Below are positions 1 to 11,208 of a DNA stretch of 64,000 bases, in pieces; position 1 is the stretch's first letter, and every line of letters begins with the position of its first letter. The notes below the pieces were generated by a model. That model searched no databases and was not told the DNA's origin. It was given only the letters and a program-made list of their open reading frames with translations. A program made the position numbers and the translations under genes. Origin of the DNA: Octopus sinensis (lineage: Eukaryota); assembly GCF_006345805.1 (NCBI RefSeq), contig NC_043002.1, positions 56,668,001-56,732,000 on the forward strand, read 5' to 3'.

Positions 1-19
1 CATCACCTGGCATGCATAA

Positions 20-272
20 AGCCACCTCCCTCAATATTACTCTCCATCTCAGTTGAGGGATGTTTGCCATGCAAGTTACTTGGTGACCTCACCAGTGCTG
101 GTGCCACATGAAAAGCACCTAGTCCACTCTGTAGAGGGGTTGTTTTTAAGAAGGGCATCCAGCCATAAAAAAAAAGCCATGTCAAAGCAGACAGTGGAGC
201 TTGGTGCAGTCCTCTGTCTTACTAGCAGCTCCTCTCAAACTGTTTAACCATGACAGCATGGGAAACAGACGT
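20..272 (+). mobile_element. 5'-truncated RTE 3' UTR fragment
   Basis: gtgccacatgaaaagcacc..aagaagggcatccagccata..ccatgacagcatgg..gacgtt. Confidence 0.7.
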
Positions 273-1486
273 TTATATGTGTGTGTGTATGTTTACACAC
301 AATGGGTTGTTTTTTGGTTTCTGTCTCCCAAATCAACTGTATAAGATTTTGGTTGTCTTGAGGTGATAGTAGGAGACACTCACCTAAAGTGTTATACATG
401 CAGTGGGACTTGAACCCAAGAGTGCATGGTTGGGAAGCAAGCTTCATAATCCACCCACCCACACCTGCCAATAACTGACATCAGTATATGAATCAGCCAA
501 CTGTGTTTTTCTCCCCCACTCCTCCAAATGTTGTAGAGGTATCGCTTTAGTTTTCAAACTAAAATTGTGATTTTGTTGTTGATGACCGATAGTACTAATC
601 TTCAGAGGAGAATCTCTTTTCCATGATCTTTCTCTATTCTTTCTCTTCTCACCTCTTCTCCCTTCCCCTCCTCCCTCTCTCATGTTATTAAACCACTTAT
701 AATTATCCTCTTCCCTTTCTTTTGGCATGAACTATTCGTGTACATTAGAAATTCAATATTGTGTTGGCGGGACATGTTTCCACTTTTAGAATCCAGGAAG
801 TCTTAAGTAGCTTATCTATTTCTTTTTCTTCTGCCATTAGCTACATAGGCTTGCCTCCAGCTAATTCTGATCATACAATGGGCGTGGCAAGATATATATT
901 TGTATATATGTATGTGTGGATACATACATTCATTCATATATATATATATATATACAAAACTATATCTATGAATCTATTTACCAATATCTGTCTATTATAT
1001 ATATGTTAGATAGATATATGTTACAGTATTTCCAGTGCTGGAAATAATGTTTTAAAATTGGTGCCCATCCTTGTGGCAACTGTTTTATGCTCACTCACAC
1101 CCTTATGATTATGAATCATTAACATTGCATCTGTTGTTTTTTTTTTGGGTGGGGGATAAGAATCATATTCTCAGCTCCCTTTATGTGTATTGAAAAGTAA
1201 CTGTCAGTAAATTGTGTTTGCGCGTTATTGTTGGTTCTTAGATTACATTAGTTTTCTAGTTTATGTTTTAAGCTTCCCTATCTTTTGAATGTGCTGTATA
1301 TAAAATCCTCTTCATTATGTTTGGTGTCTTTTATCTTGTTTGTCATTTGACTGCAGTCCTTTTGGGGCATCACCTTGAAGAATTTTTAGTTAATGAATTG
1401 ACCCAGTACTAATTTTTTTTTTAAGCCTGCTACTTATTCTATCAATCACTTTTGCTGAACCACTAAGTTACAGTGACGTGGAAATG

Positions 1487-1870
1487 GTAGGAGTGGCTGT
1501 GTGGTAAGTAGTAGCTTGCTTGCCAATCACATGGTTCTGGGTTCGGTTCCACTGCGTGGTACCTTGAGCAAGTGTCTTCTACTGTAGCTTCAGGCCGACC
1601 AAAGCCTTGTGAGTGGATTTGGTAGACGGAAACTGAAAGAAGCCTGTCGTATATATGTATGCATATTTATGTGTCAGTGCTTGTTCTCCCAACAACACTT
1701 GACAACCAATGCTGGTGTGTTTACGTCCCCATAACTTAGTGGTTCAGCAAAAGAATTCGATAGAATAAGTATCAGGCTTACAAAGAATAAGTCCTAGGGT
1801 CGATTTGCTCGACTAAAGGCAGTGCGCCGGCATGGCCACAGTCAAATGACTGAAACAAGTAAAAGAATAA
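1487..1870 (+). mobile_element. tRNA-derived SINE family A1 (CORE-like; resembles octopus OR-type SINEs), nested in an opposite-strand copy spanning ~1330-2075
   Basis: Head ggagtggctgtgtggtaag..gggttcggttcc, then accttgagcaagtgtcttctact, an internal microsatellite, and 3' catggccacagtcaaatgactgaaacaagtaaaagaata. Confidence 0.85.
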
Positions 1871-2389
1871 ACGAATGGCAACACTTGTTGTCAAACAGTG
1901 GTGGGGAACACATGCAGCCATAAAGACACACACACAATGGGCTTCTTTCAGTTTCCGTCTATCAAATTTACTCACGAGGTTTTGGCCAGCCTGAAGCTGT
2001 AGTAGAAGACACTTGCCCAAAGTGCCATGCAGTGGGATTGAACTTGGAAGCAAGCTTCTTACCAGACAACCACATGGTAATAACAGGAATGAACTTATCA
2101 TATATAGCAGTCAGGTGCCCTACAACTCCACAGAAATGATAAATAGAAATGACAGAAAGACAGCCATGACAGCTAGAATTACAAGCACATAGTACACAGA
2201 ATAGAACACAAAAAAGATAGAAAAGCAATCAGTGAAAGAATTTTCAAGAGGAAAGCGTGCATAAAGTTGTTGCAAATTCGTTAACTGTGTCCAGCATGAG
2301 GTAACTGTTTGGCAAAATTGTCTGGATTTAGGATTTACCCCAAAATAATAATTTCCACGAGATGTTGCCTCACCCATTCTATCACCTTT

Positions 2390-2765
2390 GCCATCACCAC
2401 CACTATTCACTTTTCCATGCTTGCCTGGCTTTCATGAGATTTATTGAGGCAGATTTTCTACAGCCAGATGCCCTTCCTGTCACCAACCTTCACCTGTTTC
2501 CAAGTAAAGTAATATTTTTCCATGGCCAGATATGTTTTCACAGAAGATTGGAAATGAAGGACACTGCTTGTATTACAGTGCCTCTTGATTACACCTGTCA
2601 TATGAAGTCAAGACAAGTGTCACACACACAATGAGCTTCTTTCTGTTTCCATATACCCATTCAACTGACAAGGCTGTGGTTGGCCCAGAGTAGAGCAATA
2701 CTAGGGCTGAACCCCAAACTATGTGGTTGGGAAGTAACTTTTTAACCATACAGCCACACATGCAC
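2390..2765 (-). mobile_element. SINE family A2 (A head with RTE-like 3' tail); others at ~10830-11430, 21410-21860, 29520-29920, 49320-49680, 52600-52970, 55955-56325 (-) and 33100-33412, 41300-41700, 63690-64000 (+)
   Basis: ttttccatgcttgc..gcagattttcta..gatgcccttcctgtcaccaacc..ccaagtaaagtaatattt..ccatggccagatatg, ending in the A-type head. Confidence 0.8.
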
Positions 2766-3181
2766 CTATTATTGTTTTTAACATTTTAGGAGTTCTGAAA
2801 AAACTCTTAAATTATTTTCAACTGGAAAGGAATATAATTAGGATCAGTTTCGTAACCTTGACTAGAATAGATAGGTAGAAAAGACCCAGGTCCGTTAGAC
2901 ATAGCAGCTACTGAGGTACATTGATAATTTATTTACCTCAGCATTTTGAGAACGCTGATAGAGAACAGTAAAAAGTGATGTGCCAATTCAAATAGTAGAA
3001 AAGTTCAGGTTGTTAGTGTTAAGCAGTTTGAAATCTCTGTCACTGATAACAAAAGATTAGTTCTTAATGTAGAAAGTTGTGTGGATATACAAGTTGATTA
3101 TTTAATTATACAAGGAAGAGACTATATTAAACAAATTGTGATATTCATGCTTTTTCAAAGGGCACTAGCGCTTCACGAGTG

Positions 3182-3215
<34 letters not shown>

Positions 3216-3221
<6 letters not shown>

Positions 3222-3462
3222 TGTATATAGGGAAGAGTCATTCTCTCTTAGTGCCTTATTATTTAACACACCATTTCAATTTCCACTCATTTACTTATCT
3301 ATCTATTTATTTATCTTTCTTTTAAAAAATTTTTTTTTGTTTCTATTTATCTATCTATCTATCTATCTATACACACACACACATATTGTGTCTGGGGAGA
3401 GTTATTCTCTTTCAGTGCCTTATTATTTAACACACTCACCAATTTAATTTTCACTCATTTAC
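3216..3462. repeat. Two diverged copies of an ~80-bp unit separated by (TATC)n/(CA)n
   Basis: atattgt..gg..agagt.attctct.t..agtgccttattatttaacacac at ~3218 and ~3383. Confidence 0.7.
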
Positions 3463-3829
3463 ATGTCTGCCTGTCATAAGTGATGAAGAAAATGGAAAAT
3501 AGATTTAGCATTAGTCTTATTCATTTTGATCCATGCTGCAACTGTTCATTCAAGGTAGGATGTTGTGCATCTAATTGTGTTGCATCAATCTGCAGTTTGT
3601 GTCACATCAGGTACATGCATATAGATGTCCTGCTAAAGATGAGTGCTAAATCTATCTCCCGTTCCTTTCATCAGTTATTATCTCGACTAACATTTTGGGA
3701 TTTTTGATGTAGATCCAGAGGAAATATGTCCTGACTGTAGATGACTCCAGGTAGCCCAAACTGTGAATGTGCTTTACTCAACACAATAATTCACATATAC
3801 CCATTAGTCCCCCCAAAATTACACACCTA

Positions 3830-4565
3830 TCTTTTTACTTGTCTCAGTCAATAGACTGCAGCCATGCTAGGGCACCCTCTTGATAAATGATTGGTCAAAT
3901 TTACCTAGTACCTTTTAAAATTGTTTTAAGCTTGATATGTATTTTGTTGGTCCCTTTTGCCAGATTGCTAAGTTACAGCAATGTAAGTACCAACTCTGGT
4001 TGTCAAGCAGTGGTGGGGGATAAACACATACACACATATAAAACATTTGCCCAATGTCCGTGCTGTGGTACTGAACCTGGAACCATGTGGTTAGGAAGCA
4101 AGCTTCTTAACATACAGCCATGCCTGTGGCTATACCATCTATAAATATATTTTTTATTTTATTCATTTCAGTCATTTGACTGTGGTCATGCAGGAGCACT
4201 GCCTTTAGTCAAACAAATTGACCGCATGAAATATTCTTTGTAAGCCTAGTACTTGTCAGTCTCTTTTGCCGAACCGCTAAGTTACAGTCTTTTAAAGCCT
4301 AGTACTTGTCAGTCTCTTTTGCCGAACCACTAAGTTACAGGGATGTAAACACACCAACATTGGTTGTCAAGCGATGGCAGGGGGACAAACACATACATAC
4401 GTATTTATATACACACGATGGGCTTCTTTCAGTTTTCGACTACCAAATCTACTCACAAGATTTTGGTTGACCCGAGGCTATATTAGAAGACACTTGCCCT
4501 AGGTGCCACACAGCAGGACTGAACCCAGAACCATGTGGTTGGGAAATAAGCTTCTTACCACACAG
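3830..4565 (-). mobile_element. Two tandem SINE A1 copies; the second has a 53-bp-period internal duplication
   Basis: cagtcaatagactgcagccatgct..gaaccatgtggttaggaagcaagc occurs twice; aagcctagtacttgtcagtctcttttgccgaacc is duplicated. Confidence 0.8.
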
Positions 4566-5434
4566 AGGTAGATTTTCTTGCCAACCCATACCTGTTTCTA
4601 AGCATAGTAATATTTTCCCTAGCCAAACATGTTTTTCATGGAAGACTGAAAACAAACATTGCTTTTATGATGATGTTGCTCAAGGGTACACCATACACAA
4701 GCATGCACAATGGGCTTCTTTTCAGTTTCTGTCTATCACATCCACTCACTTGGTTGGCCCAGAGCTGTAGTTGACACTTGCCCAAAGTGCCTTACAGTTG
4801 GATTGAACCTGAAACCGTGTAGTTGGAAGGAAAGCTTCTAAAACGATGCAATTAAAATGAGGGTGAGATGAAATATGGGATAAATGAGATAAAGATAGGA
4901 TGTTGAGGAATTGAGAAGAATGTTGAGATAAGATAAAAGTTTCTCTTTAATGGGGTTGGTTACGGTAGAGAAGACTTGACCTGTGCAGACTGATAACTGG
5001 AGCAGAAATAGTCTCACTCAAGACTTGAATGATTTAAGATTACTGGGATTTCCAAAACTCAAAAATAGACAATTTTACAAGAAAGTTGCCTAGTATAGAA
5101 TAAGTTGCCTGCATAAAGAAAGGCCATGGTATTGGAACATGCCGTTGGTGTGTCCTGTATGTGTTGTACTTTATTAATTTTACCCGTAAAATATTGATTT
5201 CAAATTTCAGCTCATGGCCAGCAATTTCAGGGGAGGGGGTATGTTGATTATATTGACCCCAGTGTTCAACTGGTACTCATTTTGTTGATCCTGAAAGGAT
5301 GAAGAGCAAAATCAACCGCAGCAGAATTGAAAACAGACGAAACGTTGCTAAACATTCTGCCAGCTTGCCACCTTATTTCACCTGTAAAAAAAAAAAAAAA
5401 TCTTACCTATAAGATATTTTTTTTTTTAAACGTG

Positions 5435-5925
5435 GCATCATCCAGTTAGACTGATTGCCTGGATCAGCCTGACTACCCCCTCCACCCCTCCTGCTCTTCC
5501 AATAGTATTTTTAGGTCTTCAACTTGGCATCCAACATCTACAAACTGTTGTATATACATCCTCTATGGTCTTCCAGCTGCTGTGGCACCATGATTTGGTG
5601 TCCACAGCAACACGTTACTCACAAGTTATTTACTTCTCTAGCAATGGCCAGTAAACTTCAATCTCCGCTCTTGGATGGTTGATGAGAATGTTGATTAATT
5701 TCCATATAACCGTTGTTTTGTTGGGCGCTCCCTACAAGAGATGTTGAGCTCTGCACGTAATATTCTGGTGTAGGCACTGTCCAGCATGCACCTGAATCTC
5801 TAGGTGAGAGTCCAAGTTGGAGATTCATATACAAGCATAAATTCAACAACTGGTCTGAAGAACTGTCCTTCAATTTACCTGGTAGGGTTGACTTCTGCAT
5901 TGTTCTAAGACCGTCCACACCCTTG
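5435..5925 (-). mobile_element. RTE-clade LINE, degenerate C-terminus of the RT ORF
   Basis: Minus strand: QFFRPVVEFMLVYESPTWTLT*RFRCMLDSAYTRILRAELNISCRERPTKQRLYGN*..IQERRLKFTGHC*RSK*LVSNVLLWTPNHGATAAGRP*RMYIQQ..EQEGWRG, a typical RTE post-RT region. Confidence 0.85.
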
Positions 5926-6629
5926 ATTTTGATAGAAAATTTTTCCCTCTATAGTTTTAGTTTCATCCTGTGTATAAAAAGTCACACTCTAACTTTCTCA
6001 AAAAAGTATATAATAGTATGATTCCATGAGTATGTGTGGTTATGATATCCCTTGGTGATATCACCACACATAAATGACGATGCATTTAGAATGTCTAACC
6101 TGTTGAACCTGTAATTATGTTTGTTGTGTATAACGATGTATTGTATATCTTTTTTTTTTTTTATTGTCTTTTAGAAACAAATTAATATTACATATTTTCA
6201 TGCGTACATGGTATGAATAGAAGTACATGGGACATATGAAAGAGAAGCAGATGTTGATAACAGTTGGGGATCAAAAATGATTTCAACTTCCATCTGGTAC
6301 TCACTTTCAGTTCCCCTTCACATTACCCTCTGTATCAACACTTAATTTTAAAATATTAAAAAAAAAACTCTAATCTACTTCCTCCTTCACTACAGGCACA
6401 CATTAAGAATTATATAATTTCAATAATCAATTTAGATATCCTTGCAAAATACTTTTTTCTAAGATTATCTACATATCAAGAAACTAATATGTAAGTCTAG
6501 CTGACTATGTCACCAAGAAATTGGATAGGTAATTGGTTGTAAATTCTAAGTCTTTTCCCAACTTAGAGTAGTGATTCATTGACCTTGGGTTAAAAGGCAG
6601 ACAGATTTAGAGAGACAAAGCTAATCCTC

Positions 6630-6970
6630 ATTTAAAAGCCCATTTTCTATTCTGGCATAGGCTGGTTGTTTGACAGGATCTAGTGAGCTGCAGGGCTGCA
6701 CAGAGCTCTTATGTCAGGTTTGGCATGGTTTCTATGGCTGGATGCCCTTCCTAATGCCATCATAGGCTACATGGGGTTTTTTTTTTTTTTGTGTCACCAG
6801 CACTAGTGATGTTGCTCAGTAAATTTTCAAAGCAAGACTTCTTGACTAAGTGGTGTAGAAGGAGTATTGAGTTGGCTGGCTTTGTGCCTGGTGTTGAGAG
6901 GTTAAAGTTTGATAGAGGGACAAACACAGGTGTCTTGCTATAGAGGAAATACTTGGCTACCCTGCATTTT
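6630..6970 (-). mobile_element. RTE 3' UTR fragment
   Basis: tttggcatggtttctatggctggatgcccttcctaatgcc, the reverse complement of the shared tail. Confidence 0.6.
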
Positions 6971-7891
6971 ATAAGGGTGGATGGAAGCAGCTAAGTTCCA
7001 GAACAAACCTGTGAGGTACAAAAAGTTGAGAATGAGAGAATATACAAATGGGGGAGGAGGAAGAGTGACAAATAGTTGGAGATGGAGGTGACTAGAGAGG
7101 AAAATATAAAAGCTGATAGGTTCTCTCAACAGGGCACAGGTTAATGGAAATATTAGTTGATGCCTATGATAAAGAGGAAATAGATTTATGACAAAAGTCG
7201 TCTTGGGTGCTCTAAAAGATAGTTTACTGTGAGCCGTAGATTAGATCTGTGAATGGAACACGGTTCCAGCCCAATGGAAAATGACATAGTGGTGGAATAG
7301 CCAAGTAGATGGAGCAATAATGACTAAAAGACAGTAAGAAAAAGTTGGAGAAGGAATGAAACAAGGAACAATATTTGGTAAGTAAGAAAAAAGGTCTGAT
7401 GTCAGGTATTCTTAGTAAGAGAGGGAAAGAAAGAGGAAAGTAAGGGTTTTGTCAAGGTTTACAATATGCGAGTCAGAAGCATGAAGTATTTTGGATTTCA
7501 AAGAAGTATATCAGTCTAGATCAAGATGCCCTTAGTATTAGGTAACTACAGAATGATAGCAGTGCATTTGCCCTCATGAATGCTGAGAAGAAAAAGTATA
7601 GAATGTTGTTATAAGGAGAAGGTGTGGCAGAGAATTTAACCAACTGAGGGGACAGCTATATGATTAAAAACACTATTAATGCTATCAGCAGAGAGAGCAG
7701 CTGGGTCTTCATGGATAATTGCTGAAGATATCTGGTAAAGTAAGACATACAGTAGTCATTCACATAGTGAATCAGACAATACAGGGCTAGTTTTGCAGTA
7801 TTACAGTCATCATCATTGTTAACTGCTACTAGGGTAAAGATGATCTTCTTGGAAGAGGCAACTACAGAAGTGTCAAATTGATGGACTAGAT

Positions 7892-8187
7892 CATAGGTTC
7901 TTAAAGTGGGTGCTACCACCCCCTGGTGGGTGCTGGTGCTTAAGGGGGTGGGGGCAGTAGAGAAAAAGGGGGCATTGGGAGGAAGGCAGTGGATTAGGGA
8001 TGATATGAATTTATTACAATATTGTATATAAATTATATAATATATTAAATATCAAATGATTCATGGTATATATAAATTAGTAAAATATAAAATATTTATT
8101 TATACAGGAGAATAGGGTGTGGGTGCTGAGGGTATTATGTGGTCAGGAGAGGGCGGGGTGGTGGCCCAAAAAGTTTGAGAACCTCTG
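7892..8187. mobile_element. hAT (Charlie-like) MITE
   Basis: TIRs cataggttcttaaagt and agtttgagaacctctg. Perfect 8-bp TSD gactagat at 7884-7891 and 8188-8195. Confidence 0.9.
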
Positions 8188-10393
8188 GACTAGATTATTA
8201 AAGTAACAAATTAGATTAGATGCAATTTGTGTTTATGCCTGATCAGATTGCCACCAATACCCTGTTCATAGTGAGATAACTACAGAAGTTCTTAGCTAAG
8301 AATAAGCCATTATACCTACCATTCATTACCCTGGAGAAGGCTTTTTCTTAATTGTTTTTTAGTCTGTTGGTTGCTAAGAAAACTGGATGTAGATTATATG
8401 TCATGTGGGAGCTGTGTAAGCCATAAGCAAAAATACAATCAGTAAGTCGAGGGAGTTCAATGAGAATTTATCATGTAGGTTGTTGTTCCTTTGGGCTCAG
8501 TCCTCAACCCCTCTGAGCCACATCAAAGGAATCTAAAGCTGACTGTTATGGGAATTTGTTTTTGTCAATGACCAAATTCTCACAATTAAATCTGTTGAAG
8601 AATTAGAAAAGAAACTTGGTTGTTGAAGCAAAACTTAGATTCAAATAATCTGAATAAGAGGAGAAATAATCTTAGGGAGGTGGATGTTAGAGAAATTGGT
8701 TGTAATGTGCACATCTAATGCACATAGTAGATCAGGGGATAAAGAATTACAATGTGATTCAAGTGGAAGGAGACAAGATGTGGTGAAAGCTGATGAAAGA
8801 GATGATAAGGGACTGCAAGAAATGGCGAGATGGGCCAGAGACCACCTGTTCCAAGCCATGTTAGCATGGAAAGCAGATGTTACTGAAGGAAATACTAAAC
8901 ACAGATGTGTAATGTAGAGAGTTGAGAAAACCGCTTTGTGTGATATGTAGGGAATTGCGAAGGTTTGTTCAACTGAGAATTATCCACTTGATCAGTTGTC
9001 AAAATATCTGGGTGAAGTAGGGATGGGATTAAAAAAATTTTTAAATAAAAACAGAAAAAAACACAAGGGAGATAACTCCTGTAAGAGTTTTTGATTGAAA
9101 TACTTTGGGCCGATTTAGACAATGCAAATTGGAGCAGCTTTTGTCTTTGTAACCATCTGATAAAGCACCCTATCTGTGAAGTGGTTGGCATTAGGAAAGG
9201 CATCCATCTACAGAAACTATGCCAAAGCAGACATTTGGCACGTGACACTGGACTTGTTGGCCCTTGTCTCAGACTGTCAAACCCATACCAGCATGGAAAG
9301 CAGATGTTAAATGATGATGATAGATGTGTGTTTACATTTGCAGTTCTCTGAAAGTCACTTGACTATGGGTGGTAATATTTCCCTCATTCCCTCTGTCAAC
9401 AAATATCTCTGCCGGCTTTATTCTTTGAAGATGTGTGGAAATATGATATCCCTGTAAAAGGGGGTGAATATAATGAATGGAGAACCAGTATTGAATGGAG
9501 GATAAGGAAGGTAAGGGGTGAAAAGCAACAGAGTAAAGTTGATTCAGTAGACAGGGGGACAGGGAAGGGGGAGAGAGAGATATAAAGAAAGATTTGGTTG
9601 GGTAGGTTGCTAGAGTGTGGTGGGGAACAGGTTTCTGCAAATAGATGGGATTCCATTTACCAACTTTCTCTCAGAATTCATTGGCATTTGTCAACCTGAG
9701 ATTCTTGGTAGAAGACACCTTTGCTCACTGTTTTCCTCAGAAACCAGATGGTTGTAAAACAAAGTTTTTAATCATGCTGCCATCCTGCAACCAGTTAAAA
9801 TATATATATATATATAAAATCTAGCATCAAAGTGAGCAGTCAGGTGTAAAATATCTGACTACCAAATCTCCTCTTATATGTGTGGAAAAAGAATTATTAT
9901 AAAAGAAAAGCAAGCAAAGAGGAGAGAAAGAAAATAAAAACAGATTAAATCAGCTTGGTTGAAGGTACTGGAGATTATCATTTGCTTCATGTATTTTTGC
10001 ATTATCCACCTTCTCCTATGCTAATAATATTATCAACAAATCAGAATAAATGTTCTAGTTTTCTCCTTGATGATTGAGACTTTATACAGTGAACTTGGGA
10101 GTTTTGTTTTCATTTTTTAAAGCTGTTTTTAGCCTTGTTAGAAGTTCAATGTCAACTTTTATTTACCACTAATATGACCCTCTCCACCGTGTTTCCTCTT
10201 ACTTCTCACCTGGTTTTCTAAGTTCTCTCTTAATCAGCTCACAGGAAGTAGACACTACACTGTCACAATGGGTGGGCACATGAGCTATGGTGGTTGTGGT
10301 GGTGGGGGTTTACTTAGATCTGACTTTTATTATCATCTCTTCTGTCATTTGATAGCGCACTTCCTTTACTCCTCCTCTTTCTCATCTCTCTCA

Positions 10394-10396
<3 letters not shown>

Positions 10397-10479
<83 letters not shown>
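10397..10479. repeat. (AT)n microsatellite, about 41 units
   Basis: Direct observation. Confidence 0.98.
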
Positions 10480-10482
<3 letters not shown>

Positions 10483-10987
10483 TTGGTATCTTCACTGAAG
10501 TTACTGAGAGGTCCCCTTCCTAGTCACCCTAGTCAAAATCCTGCTTCAGATGATTTGAAGTCTCTGCCAGAAGATAAGAGTGTAAATATTGTCTCTGGAG
10601 ATGTTTAAGATTTTAGAAGTGACAAACAATGCAGAACTTTCTTGACACACGCATGCACGCGCGCACACACACACACACACAACCTTACTAAAAATAAAAA
10701 CAAAATAACAATTGTCTCTTTTGATAAGCACATGTCTGTGTGTTTAGAAGAAGAGAAAAAGGAAGTGACTTTAATGTTTATGCTCTTTACATAGACTGAG
10801 TTGTTGGAGAAGCTTGATATTCATACATCATTATCATCATCATGATCGCTATCATTTTAATGGCTATTTTTCTATGCTTACATGAGTCTGATGGAATTTA
10901 CTGAGGCAGATTTTCTACGGCTTGATGTCCTTTCTGCCACCAACCTTCACTTGTTCCCAAGTAAAGTAATATTTTACTCCAGGCAAA

Positions 10988-11208
10988 GGTGCCGAGCTGG
11001 CAGAAATGTTAGCATGCCAGGCAAAATGCTTAGCGGTATTTCATCTGTCTTTACGTTCTGTGTTCAAATTCCGCTGAGGTCGACTTTCATCCTTCTGGGG
11101 AGGGGGGGGGGGCGATAAATTATGCACCAGTTGTGTATTGGGGTTGATCTAATCAATTGGCCCCCTTTCCCAAAATTTCAGGCCTTGTGCCTAGAATAGA
11201 AAAGAATA
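10988..11208 (+). mobile_element. tRNA-derived SINE family B, inserted in an A2 copy; others at ~5200-5375, 38575-38800, 48495-48703
   Basis: gagctggcagaaatgttagcatgcc..gttcaaattcc..gtcgactttcatcc..gataaatta..ccttgtgcctagaatagaaaagaatatt. aatattt occurs on both sides. Confidence 0.8.
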
